DNA of 64,000 nt from a virus, in the IMG/VR virus record IMGVR_UViG_3300021961_000040, positions 44,075 through 108,074 of that record; one strand, written 5' to 3'. The notes under the pieces were generated by a model that saw only the letters and a list, made by a program, of their open reading frames with translations, was not told the origin of the DNA and made no database searches. Positions 51,542-59,664 of the stretch are shown in pieces; position 1 is the stretch's first letter, and each line of letters opens with the position of its first letter. The translations under genes were made by a program, and so were the position numbers.

Positions 51542-53005
51542 ATGTCGAACACATTTCTCAATTCTATGTCAAATAGTGCACAGACTGCAAACGGCGGGGC
51601 AACCAATACTTCTTCTTTGAATAACTGTGTTGATCTGTTCTTCCAGATTGGAAGTATGCGCAGCAATTCCGAAGAGGATATTCTTGTTGCCTGGACTAAG
51701 GCATTTCTAGAAAATCCTCAGACCGCGCTTAAGATCCTGTTTTGGGCCCGCGATGTCCGCCAAGGCGCCGGTGAACGACGAGTGTTTCGGACAATTCTGA
51801 CTCATTTGGCTGAGCGCAATCCTGAGTTGTTTTCGCAGCAACTCATTGCTCAGATTCCTGAGTTTGGGCGATGGGACGATTTGTTCGTGTTTTTTGGAAC
51901 CAAGCTCGAAGGGCGCGCGTCGAACGTTATTGAAAATGCGCTACAGCGTGGCGATGCGCTCTGCGCCAAGTGGATGCCTCGCGAGAAAGGATCAAAGTTA
52001 CACATCGCTCGAGCACTTCGACGCCACATGGGTATGACTCCGAGAGCTTATCGTAAGACGCTTTCTAACTTGACTGCTGTTGTCGAAACGCAGATGTGTA
52101 ATAGCGAGTGGTCTGACATCAACTACTCACATGTTCCTTCTCAAGCTATGCGTATCTACAAAAATGCTTTTCAGCGAAACGCACCCGAGACTTGGGCAGG
52201 ATATCTGTCGCAGATCGCCTCGGGAGAAGCAAAAGTAAATGCTGGTGCCATTCATCCGCACCAGATTCTGGGTCCTTATATTCGTTGTTCGAATAACAGT
52301 GTAGGATATGGATATGGATCGACGACTTACACGACCCATATTGAACCGGTTCCCCAGATTGTTGAAGAGCAGTGGAATGCATTGCCCGACTGGATGGATT
52401 CAAACAAGGGAGGCATCTTGCCTGTTGTTGACACTTCAGGGTCTATGATGGGGCTTCCCATTGAGGTGGCTGTTTCGCTTGGGATTTACATCGCCGAGCG
52501 CACTGTGGGTCCTTTCCAGAATTATTTTATCACCTTCTCTAATCAGCCAAAGATGCAGAAGATGAATGGAGAAACTCTTCATCAGAAGTTGACTTCTGTG
52601 TGCAGCGCCGAGTGGGGTATGTCTACAAACATTGAAGGCACTTTTGAGGCTATTCTGCATCACGCGACCACTAGCGGTGCTGCTAGCGAAGATATGCCTA
52701 AGACGATTCTTATCCTGTCGGACATGGAGTTTAATGCTGCAGCAAACATTAACGAGACTGCAATGCAGTCGATTCGTCGGCAGTACAACGAGGCCGGATT
52801 CGATCTGCCTAACATCGTTTTCTGGAACCTGAATGCTCGGCTGGGCAACGTTCCTGTGCGCTTCGACGAGCAGGGCACGGCTTTAGTTTCTGGATTCTCT
52901 CCGACTATCATGAAGTCAATTCTGAGTGCTGACAACTTTACCGCTGAAAGCATTATGCGTTTGACGATTGACTCTGAACGATACAATAACATCACTTTTG
53001 ACTAA
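51542..53005 (+). CDS. TROVE/Ro60-related helical-repeat plus vWA protein (DUF2828-like)
   Basis: RDVRQGAGER, GRWDD, AKWMPRE, VE..MC, VPS.AM; MIDAS DTSGS...T...SD; FWN, SGFS. Confidence 0.82.
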   Translation: MSNTFLNSMSNSAQTANGGATNTSSLNNCVDLFFQIGSMRSNSEEDILVAWTKAFLENPQTALKILFWARDVRQGAGERRVFRTILTHLAERNPELFSQQLIAQIPEFGRWDDLFVFFGTKLEGRASNVIENALQRGDALCAKWMPREKGSKLHIARALRRHMGMTPRAYRKTLSNLTAVVETQMCNSEWSDINYSHVPSQAMRIYKNAFQRNAPETWAGYLSQIASGEAKVNAGAIHPHQILGPYIRCSNNSVGYGYGSTTYTTHIEPVPQIVEEQWNALPDWMDSNKGGILPVVDTSGSMMGLPIEVAVSLGIYIAERTVGPFQNYFITFSNQPKMQKMNGETLHQKLTSVCSAEWGMSTNIEGTFEAILHHATTSGAASEDMPKTILILSDMEFNAAANINETAMQSIRRQYNEAGFDLPNIVFWNLNARLGNVPVRFDEQGTALVSGFSPTIMKSILSADNFTAESIMRLTIDSERYNNITFD

Positions 53006-53644
53006 GGAAAATAAAATGGCAACTTATCTAGAAAAAGGTACAAAGGTACTTCTCAGCCAGCGAGGACATAAAGGATTTTTCTATCCAGACCCAGAAGTCT
53101 GGGAGACGACTGCAGTTCGTTCACAAGTTATTCCTCAGACTTGGCTAGGTTCAGACATGTCTGCTGTTCTGATTTCAGAAGATGCTATCTACGGAACTGG
53201 TCGCGAAGATCGCTTGATTCCTGTCTGGGTAGAAAAGTCAGATCTGATTGAGGCATAATAGTGATTAAAAAGGCACAAGTAGTACCGGGAGCTCGGGCAA
53301 GAGTAAAAAAGTCTAAGTCTTCTTCTGGCTTTTCCTTTTGGCCACTAATTGATAACCACTCTGAAATTGGTGATCAGTGGTCAAACTTAGGCGTCGTGCT
53401 TAAACCCGGTACTACATTCACAATCCTGTCAGAGCCTTTTAAAGCAAGTGGTGTGTCAGGTCTTTTTGTAAATATTCAAATTGACGGCTTAGATGAGCTT
53501 AGTCAAACTTTTTATGTCGATGTTTATCGACGTGCGGAGTTGATTTAAAAAATAAAATCTCACCTTTGAGTGTAAATGAAGCAAAGGTGAGTTAAGATAT
53601 AAAGGTAAGGCAGGAAACAAGGGGAAACAAACCTTACGTGATAA

Positions 53645-53928
53645 GCCTCGATAGTTCAATGGATAGAACACCGGCCTTCAAATAGGAGCCTCATATCGGA
53701 AACGATATGTTGCATACACTCTCAAATTCGGGGAAGCCTTTAAAATGGTAATCCCGAGCCAAGCCCGAAAGGGAAGGTGTAGAGACTTGACGGGAGTGGC
53801 CTAAAAGAATCAATTGATTCTCATGGTTGAGAGAAAGTCCAGACCACAAACAACTTCGGTTGGCAGCGAAAGCTGTAGAGGGTACGCTAAGCCGTAGGTT
53901 CCAGGTTCGAGTCCTGGTCGAGGCGCCA
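53645..53928 (+). tRNA. tRNA-Arg(UCU) interrupted by a group I intron (exons 53645-53678 and 53887-53928)
   Basis: Joined exons form a cloverleaf with loop CTT|CTAA, acceptor GCCTCGA/TCGAGGC, and GCCA end. Confidence 0.88.
53679..53886 (+). mobile_element. Group I intron (IC3-like), 208 nt, no ORF
   Basis: P AAATTCGGGGAA, Q AATCCCGAGC, R GTAGAGACTTGA, S GAGAAAGTCC; exon ends in U paired with G in P1; terminal G. Confidence 0.9.
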
Positions 53929-54114
53929 TTTTAAAAAGTACTACAAGCTCTCGAAAGAGTAAGCGTCCGGATTAAGCTCCCGGAGGGGCAATGTTTGTGG
54001 GTCGACAAGAGGCACTTGTTATCTCTTTTAAAATAAAAAATCTTTTGAGTGTAAATGAAGCAAAGGTGAGTTAAGATATAAAGGTAAGGCGGGAAACAAA
54101 CCTTACCAAAACAC

Positions 54115-54192
54115 GCACTCTTAGCTCAGTTGGATTAGAGCAGCGGGTTTCTACCCCGCAGGTCGTAGGTTCGAGTCCTACAGAGTGTGCCA
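54115..54192 (+). tRNA. tRNA-Arg(UCU), intronless
   Basis: Cloverleaf; loop TTTCTAC; CCA. Confidence 0.93.
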
Positions 54193-54198
54193 CTTTTT

Positions 54199-54277
54199 GG
54201 GGTGGTAGCTCAATTTGGTTAGAGCACCTGTCTCATAAACAGGCGGTTTGTGGGTTCAAGTCCCACCCACCCTACCA
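54199..54277 (+). tRNA. tRNA(CAU), elongator Met or Ile2, copy 1
   Basis: Loop CTCATAA; no initiator features; CCA. Confidence 0.9.
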
Positions 54278-54281
54278 TTTT

Positions 54282-54345
54282 AGGATGCTAACAGCAAACT
54301 TTTACAAGATATTACCACGAAAATAACAATGTAAATGCATCCTGT
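54282..54345 (+). ncRNA. WACAGCAA structured RNA motif, copy 3
   Basis: AGGATGC/GCATCCT stem, TAACAGCAA, inner TTTACA/TGTAAA stem. Confidence 0.65.
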
Positions 54346-54405
54346 TTTTTAAAATTGTTAGTAATAAAAGAAAAATTTCCTGAGTGTTGTTATACTTATG
54401 TATAC

Positions 54406-54491
54406 GGGGCGATGGCGGAATGGTAGACGCGCGGGCCTTAAAAGCCTGTTCTTGTAAGAGAGTGTGGGTTCGAGTCCCATTCGCCCTACCA
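54406..54491 (+). tRNA. tRNA-Leu(UAA)
   Basis: Loop CTTAAAA; long variable arm; CCA. Confidence 0.93.
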
Positions 54492-54505
54492 CTTAGGAGA
54501 TTTTT

Positions 54506-54949
54506 ATGTATAGTAAGAAAAAAGTATCTGACGAAGAGATAATCGAGGCATGTAACAGTTCTCAATCTATGGCCGCGGCGGCATCGAAAGTTGGTTTACA
54601 TTACAACACTTTTCGAGGCCGTGCAAAAAAGATCGGCTGCTATAGTCCTAATCAAGGCGGGAAAGGAAAAACAAAAAAGCGTGTGCCTGTTTACAGATTG
54701 TCAGATATTTTAGAAGGAAAAGTTCCACATTATCAGACTTATAAGTTAGGCCGCCGGATCATAAAGGAAGGTATTTTAACTTATGAGTGTAAAATATGTG
54801 GAATATCAGAGTGGGAAGGTACTAAGCTCAGTCTAGAGCTTGATCATATAGACGGAAATAGCAGAAATCATCGTTTAGAAAACTTACGATGGTTATGCCC
54901 AAACTGCCACTCACAAACACCTTCTTTTAGAAGTAAAAAAAGAACTTAA
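54506..54949 (+). CDS. HNH homing endonuclease with N-terminal HTH
   Basis: C..CG...W.G..L.LELDHIDGN..N..LENLR.LCPNCH. Confidence 0.92.
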   Translation: MYSKKKVSDEEIIEACNSSQSMAAAASKVGLHYNTFRGRAKKIGCYSPNQGGKGKTKKRVPVYRLSDILEGKVPHYQTYKLGRRIIKEGILTYECKICGISEWEGTKLSLELDHIDGNSRNHRLENLRWLCPNCHSQTPSFRSKKRT

Positions 54950-55028
54950 CAATAAAATACTTTGAGTGTAAATACCTTAAAGTTGTGCTAAAATAATAAA
55001 GGTAAGGAAAAGGCAAAACCTAAAATAA

Positions 55029-55107
55029 GGGGTGGTAGCTCAATTTGGTTAGAGCACCTGTCTCATAAACAGGCGGTTTGTGGGTTCAAGTCCCACCCAC
55101 CCTACCA
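55029..55107 (+). tRNA. tRNA(CAU), copy 2 (identical to 54199-54277)
   Basis: Exact repeat. Confidence 0.9.
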
Positions 55108-55217
55108 TTTCAAAATCCTGTTACTTGGGAAGGTTGCCGTTTAGGCTGTAAAACCGCGAGGAATCTATCCTTTTACCAGCAGGTGCCGCGTCGCACCGGT
55201 TAAAGTGTGCTACTTAT

Positions 55218-55291
55218 TGGGGTGTCGTTCAAAGGCAGGACCTTGGTTTTTGGCACCAATGATGGGGGTTCGAATCCCTCCACCCCAGCCA
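55218..55291 (+). tRNA. tRNA-Gln(UUG), copy 1
   Basis: U1:A72; loop TTTTGGC; GCCA end. Confidence 0.92.
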
Positions 55292-55883
55292 GTTACATTA
55301 CAAGAGTAAGGAGAGAATCAATATGTCGTATTGTATCCACATTATTGTTGCGCAATATAAGCATATTTCACACGGTACTGCCGAGTCTTATCTCACAACT
55401 CGCGTCATTCAGGATTATAACTTTGAGATTATGTCTTTTGGTTCTCGCGAAGAAGCAGAAGAATACCTCAAAGAAGGGATCTACGACGAAATTTGGGGCT
55501 ATGACGTGAAGGGGTATGAGATCAGAGAGTTTGTTCCGTTTGGCAACACCCCGGAACTGAACATTTCGAGGGCGTCTATATCTAAGTCAGACAATAAAAC
55601 CACTTGACAGCCCACGATCGTCGGGTCACATTACAAGAGTATGGAGAACGAAGAATGATTGTCTATGTTGTCTTTGAACACGAACGACACGAAGGGAGCA
55701 GGATTGCTGCTATCTTTGATTCAGAAGAAAAGGCAGAAGATTACATTCACAACCATTATCCAGATGATGACTCTGTTTTCTGGCTTGAATGGGAAGAGTA
55801 CAGAGTTCAGTAAAAAACTTAATGATATACTTTGAGTGCAAATACCTCAAAGTTGTGCTAAAATAATAAAGCAAGGAGATACA

Positions 55884-55988
55884 ATGCGAAACGTTATTAT
55901 GATGGCAGCTGCAATGCTCGTAGCATGTGGCGACAAGGAGAGCGATTCTGCTTCCGATACTGCGGTCGCTGAAGATACCGCAGAGTGA
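55884..55988 (+). CDS. 34-aa lipoprotein MRNVIMMAAAMLVACGDKESDSASDTAVAEDTAE
   Basis: Promoter at 55836, SD AAGGAG, LVAC lipobox; too short for the ORF track. Confidence 0.7.
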   Translation: MRNVIMMAAAMLVACGDKESDSASDTAVAEDTAE

Positions 55989-55996
55989 ATCAAAAC

Positions 55997-56107
55997 TGAA
56001 GCGCGGCGAGAGCACGCAGGGTTCTACTGACAATATACGACCCGGTAAGGAATAAGAGTCTAAAAGGAATACTTACCAATTTGCAGGTGAAAATCCTGTC
56101 GCTTCAA
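55997..56107 (+). ncRNA. tRNA-like RNA with aberrant anticodon and extra arms
   Basis: Perfect 7-bp acceptor TGAAGCG/CGCTTCA plus A; T-arm GCAGG-TGAAAAT-CCTGT; three internal stems. Confidence 0.65.
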
Positions 56108-56492
56108 TACAGGTGTGCAAAAATACTTTGGTACTACTATAAGCCGCGCAATGAGCGGACGTAGCGCATGGGACGCAGACTGATCCACTGCACTGTAAAA
56201 ACGGATTACCGCTGGCACACCGTTTAAAGTGTGCTCCTTATGCTCACCGCCAACATAGGGCCCGAGTAGGTACAGGGAACTGGCTTCAGCGCTAATGCTG
56301 ACTAAGATGCTCCAGTAACGGAAACAACGCTCACCCGTGAGCGGGTCATGCTAATGATGTTGGAAAATGTAGTACCAGAAGTGATGACAGGGTGGGCGTC
56401 CCGTCTGCGTCAGACTTGGTGTCGGAAGGTGAACGCCGCCTCTGACTTTAACTACAAACCCGCTAGCACACCGGTTAAAGTGTGCTACTTAT

Positions 56493-56566
56493 TGGGGTGT
56501 CGTTCAAAGGCAGGACCTTGGTTTTTGGCACCAATGATGGGGGTTCGAATCCCTCCACCCCAGCCA
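56493..56566 (+). tRNA. tRNA-Gln(UUG), copy 2 (identical to copy 1)
   Basis: Exact repeat including the upstream hairpin and leader. Confidence 0.92.
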
Positions 56567-56592
56567 CTTTAAAATAAACACAAGGAGGAACC

Positions 56593-57102
56593 ATGACTTA
56601 CGAATACAAGGTCTCTCACCGAGCCGATGGCTCGGTGGAGTTGGAGGAGTTCTTCAAGGAGGGTCTCCGTCACCGGGAGGGTGACCGACCGGCGTGGGTC
56701 CGTTACCGAGCCGATGGCTCGGTGGAGTTGGAGTCGTTCTGGAAGGAGGGTCAGCGTCACCGGGAGGGTGACCGACCGGCTGTGGTCCGTTACCGAGCCG
56801 ATGGCTCGGTGGAGTGGGAGGAGTTCTGGAAGGAGGGCCTCCTTCACCGGGAGGGTGACCTCCCGGCTGTGGTCCGGTATCGAGCCGATGGCACGGTGGC
56901 GTGGGAGTCGTTCTGGAAGGAGGGTCAGCTTCACCGGGAGGGTGACCGACCGGCTGTGGTCCGGTATCGAGCCGATGGCTCGGTGGAGCGGGAGCTGTTC
57001 TACAAGGAGAATCAGACGTACACTCCGAGCAAGGCAAAGCCTTACGAGGGCAAGACCGTGGAGATTGACGGCGTCAAGTACGTCTTGACGCCTGTGGATT
57101 GA
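56593..57102 (+). CDS. 27-aa tandem-repeat (MORN-variant-like HREGDRPA) protein, copy 1
   Basis: 81-nt repeats; SD AAGGAGG. Confidence 0.85.
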   Translation: MTYEYKVSHRADGSVELEEFFKEGLRHREGDRPAWVRYRADGSVELESFWKEGQRHREGDRPAVVRYRADGSVEWEEFWKEGLLHREGDLPAVVRYRADGTVAWESFWKEGQLHREGDRPAVVRYRADGSVERELFYKENQTYTPSKAKPYEGKTVEIDGVKYVLTPVD

Positions 57103-57932
57103 GTGCAAACTCTTTCAAAGTAAGATAAAATACTTTCACAAGGAGGAACAATGTTCAATACAAATCGTGAAACGGCTTTTGATATTCTTGAAGAGTTGAG
57201 GATGTATGCTGTCTCTGATGAGAAGATTCTCGACTACATCGTAGGAAACAATCTACCAGCACATATCGCACTTCAGATGATGCGTGATGCTCGTGACGAG
57301 TTTCTTTCAGAGCTTAATGATTACGAGGATGAATAGATGACGTTGAATATCCCGCAGCTTTTTCTAATTGGTTGGTCTGTGCTTGCTGTATGTGTAAACA
57401 TTTACAAAGACGGCCAACCTAAAACTTCAAAGGAAAACTTTTATATTCATTCTGCCTGTTGGCTGTTTGAAGTATGTATTCTTGGTACGACTGAATTTTT
57501 TAGTAGTTTTGGTTTTGCACAAAGTATTTGGGGCCTGCTTTCTGTAATCGGCCTTATTAGTGCTGCTAAAAATCACGGCCAGATTCCAACAGGTGCCTTT
57601 TATCAAGGACTTCAGTCCGTGGCGTCGTTTTTCATTGCAATGACTATTTACTATTTCGGTGGATTCTTTAACTAGGGAGAAAATATGAGCATGAAGAATA
57701 TTGATATTTTTGACAACTACTATGACTACGACGACAGTGAGTTTCCAAAGCTTGTAACTTGGTCCTCTCCTGAAGACGGGCAAGGCCGCTCTCGAATCAT
57801 TCGAGATGAGCGGGAGTCCGACGAGTTCTTTTCCTGGTTTAGACGGAAGTACCCGGAGGTCTCTGTTACAATCAAGTAACAACCGAGCGCGAGACATCTT
57901 ACGCTACGCGCGCACGCGCGCGGGGAGGTAAA

Positions 57933-58550
57933 ATGATTAAGAATAGCTTGACTGAAATCGAATATCTTTGTCTGCGAATGATGCTGAACCCGGGCCGGAC
58001 CACTACTTTTTATGCTAAGCATGCTCGCATGTACCGGAATCCTTTTCGGTGGCAGAAAAACTCTAGCAAGAATCTAATCTGCTGGGATCAAATGATAACC
58101 AAAAGTATTCTGACTAATAGAACTGACTATTTTATCGATGCACAAATTAGAGATTTGGGCCCGAAAGAAAAGTCTCGGTGGTTTTTGACGTCTAAAGGAT
58201 TAAGTGAGGCAATCAATGCTGCAAGAGTTATCGGTATTGAGTCGGAAAAGGTAGTGTCAACTGCCCCTCCTGCTCTAACTTTTACAAGGCAGCTTTTGAT
58301 GAAGATGATCGAAGAAGGAGGCATGACTCGCGCGGATGCTAAAGCATATTATGACCAGATTTCAAACGCGAGTCCTCATCACTCTTCGTTGAGGCTTACG
58401 AGGATTATTCGAACTTATTGCACGACTCACGACTGCAGGACTTCGCAAGCCACTGGAAGAGATTCTATCTGGTGCAAGGTCGACGCAAAAATCTTGTGCA
58501 GCATGCTGAGCGAGAATACTTATTCTACTGACAGCACTCTCGTGCATTGA
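57933..58550 (+). CDS. Hypothetical protein, paralog of 60223-60567, possibly winged-helix
   Basis: Shared L..IEYL......NPGR....Y and LTS.G...A..A...IG. Confidence 0.55.
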   Translation: MIKNSLTEIEYLCLRMMLNPGRTTTFYAKHARMYRNPFRWQKNSSKNLICWDQMITKSILTNRTDYFIDAQIRDLGPKEKSRWFLTSKGLSEAINAARVIGIESEKVVSTAPPALTFTRQLLMKMIEEGGMTRADAKAYYDQISNASPHHSSLRLTRIIRTYCTTHDCRTSQATGRDSIWCKVDAKILCSMLSENTYSTDSTLVH

Positions 58551-59664
58551 GTGCAAACTCATATTCAACGTGTTATAATATTCTCACGAGGTGATTATGG
58601 AAATCAAAATCGGTCAAACTGTTTTCCTAAAACATAATCGATTTGCATGCAATCGAACAAAGAATCGTATTCGTGAGCACGGGTCCAAGGGCTTCGTTAT
58701 CCAGAAGTTTGTTCCGGGCTGCGGGCTGTTTGACGGCTGTCCGGCTATTCTGTTCAATTCCGTTACTGCATTTTCGAGCGACGGAGCAGGTGGAAAAGAG
58801 CCTTGGATGGATTGGTTGCCAGTTGACGAAATTGAAATGTCTGAAGGAGCTTGATGATGGAAAACTTGCTTGAACTTTTTGAAAATGTAACCGATGTGAT
58901 GTATCAACTAGGGATTGACCCGCGAGACGTCTTAGCAGGACTTCCTGAAGCAGAAGAGCAGGCGGCCGCTGTTCGAGTTGTCGGTGCACACCAGCCAAAC
59001 TATCCTCTTGCTGAAAATATCAGCGGGCTTGTGCTTCTACCTTCAGATGACGATGATGAAGTTGATGAAGACGACTACGACTACGATGAAATTGATTTGA
59101 GTGGAGATAAGAATCTGATCTGTTGGCTGGTTCTAAATGGCCACCCGAGTGATCTAAGTCCTTATGCTCCGCGCAGTTGTTTTAACTTTTACTAGACCTG
59201 AATATTCTCAAATAAACTCAAGGAGAGAAAAATGAACGGAAACACTTGTTACTTCTACCACAACGGAACTTACCGAACCACCATTGCATACCGGCGCAAT
59301 TCTGACGGGTCTGTCTCTTACGGTGCTTCTTTCTGTCGGCCATCCGATCAGTTTACAAAGGCCCGTGGGCGAAAGATTGCTGAAGGGCGGATGGATCAGA
59401 TGATTCCGACTATTGTGAATGCTCCTTCTGAGCGTTGGGCCCTTCACGAGGAGATTCTTTGTCGACTTGAGGCTCAGGAGTTTGGGTATGTCCCGTCCTG
59501 CTTCCGAAGCTAAGTACTACTGTCGTTTTTGCGGATGTAAGGCATACAGCCCGCAGTGGCTTTGGTCTCATCGGTGTCCAAAGTGCGGTACAACCGTTCC
59601 GCCAAAAAAGTTTTGAGTGCAAACCCTCATTCACTGTGATAAGATAAAGAGGTAAGGAGGAACC

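Noticed and set aside
53645-53928. Amber suppressor tRNA(CUA) or stop-codon recoding
   Set aside because: P1/P10 pairing puts the splice site after U53678, giving the 7-nt loop CUUCUAA (UCU); conserved genes end normally at TAG and TGA
53935-54030. Pistol or hammerhead ribozyme
   Set aside because: TAAGCG plus a stem is suggestive, but I could not find the pistol P1/pseudoknot or the hammerhead CUGANGA core
56250-56363. 6S RNA or SRP RNA
   Set aside because: Too short for a typical 6S RNA and lacks the SRP GGAA tetraloop/CAGG-AGCA motif; kept only as an unassigned structure
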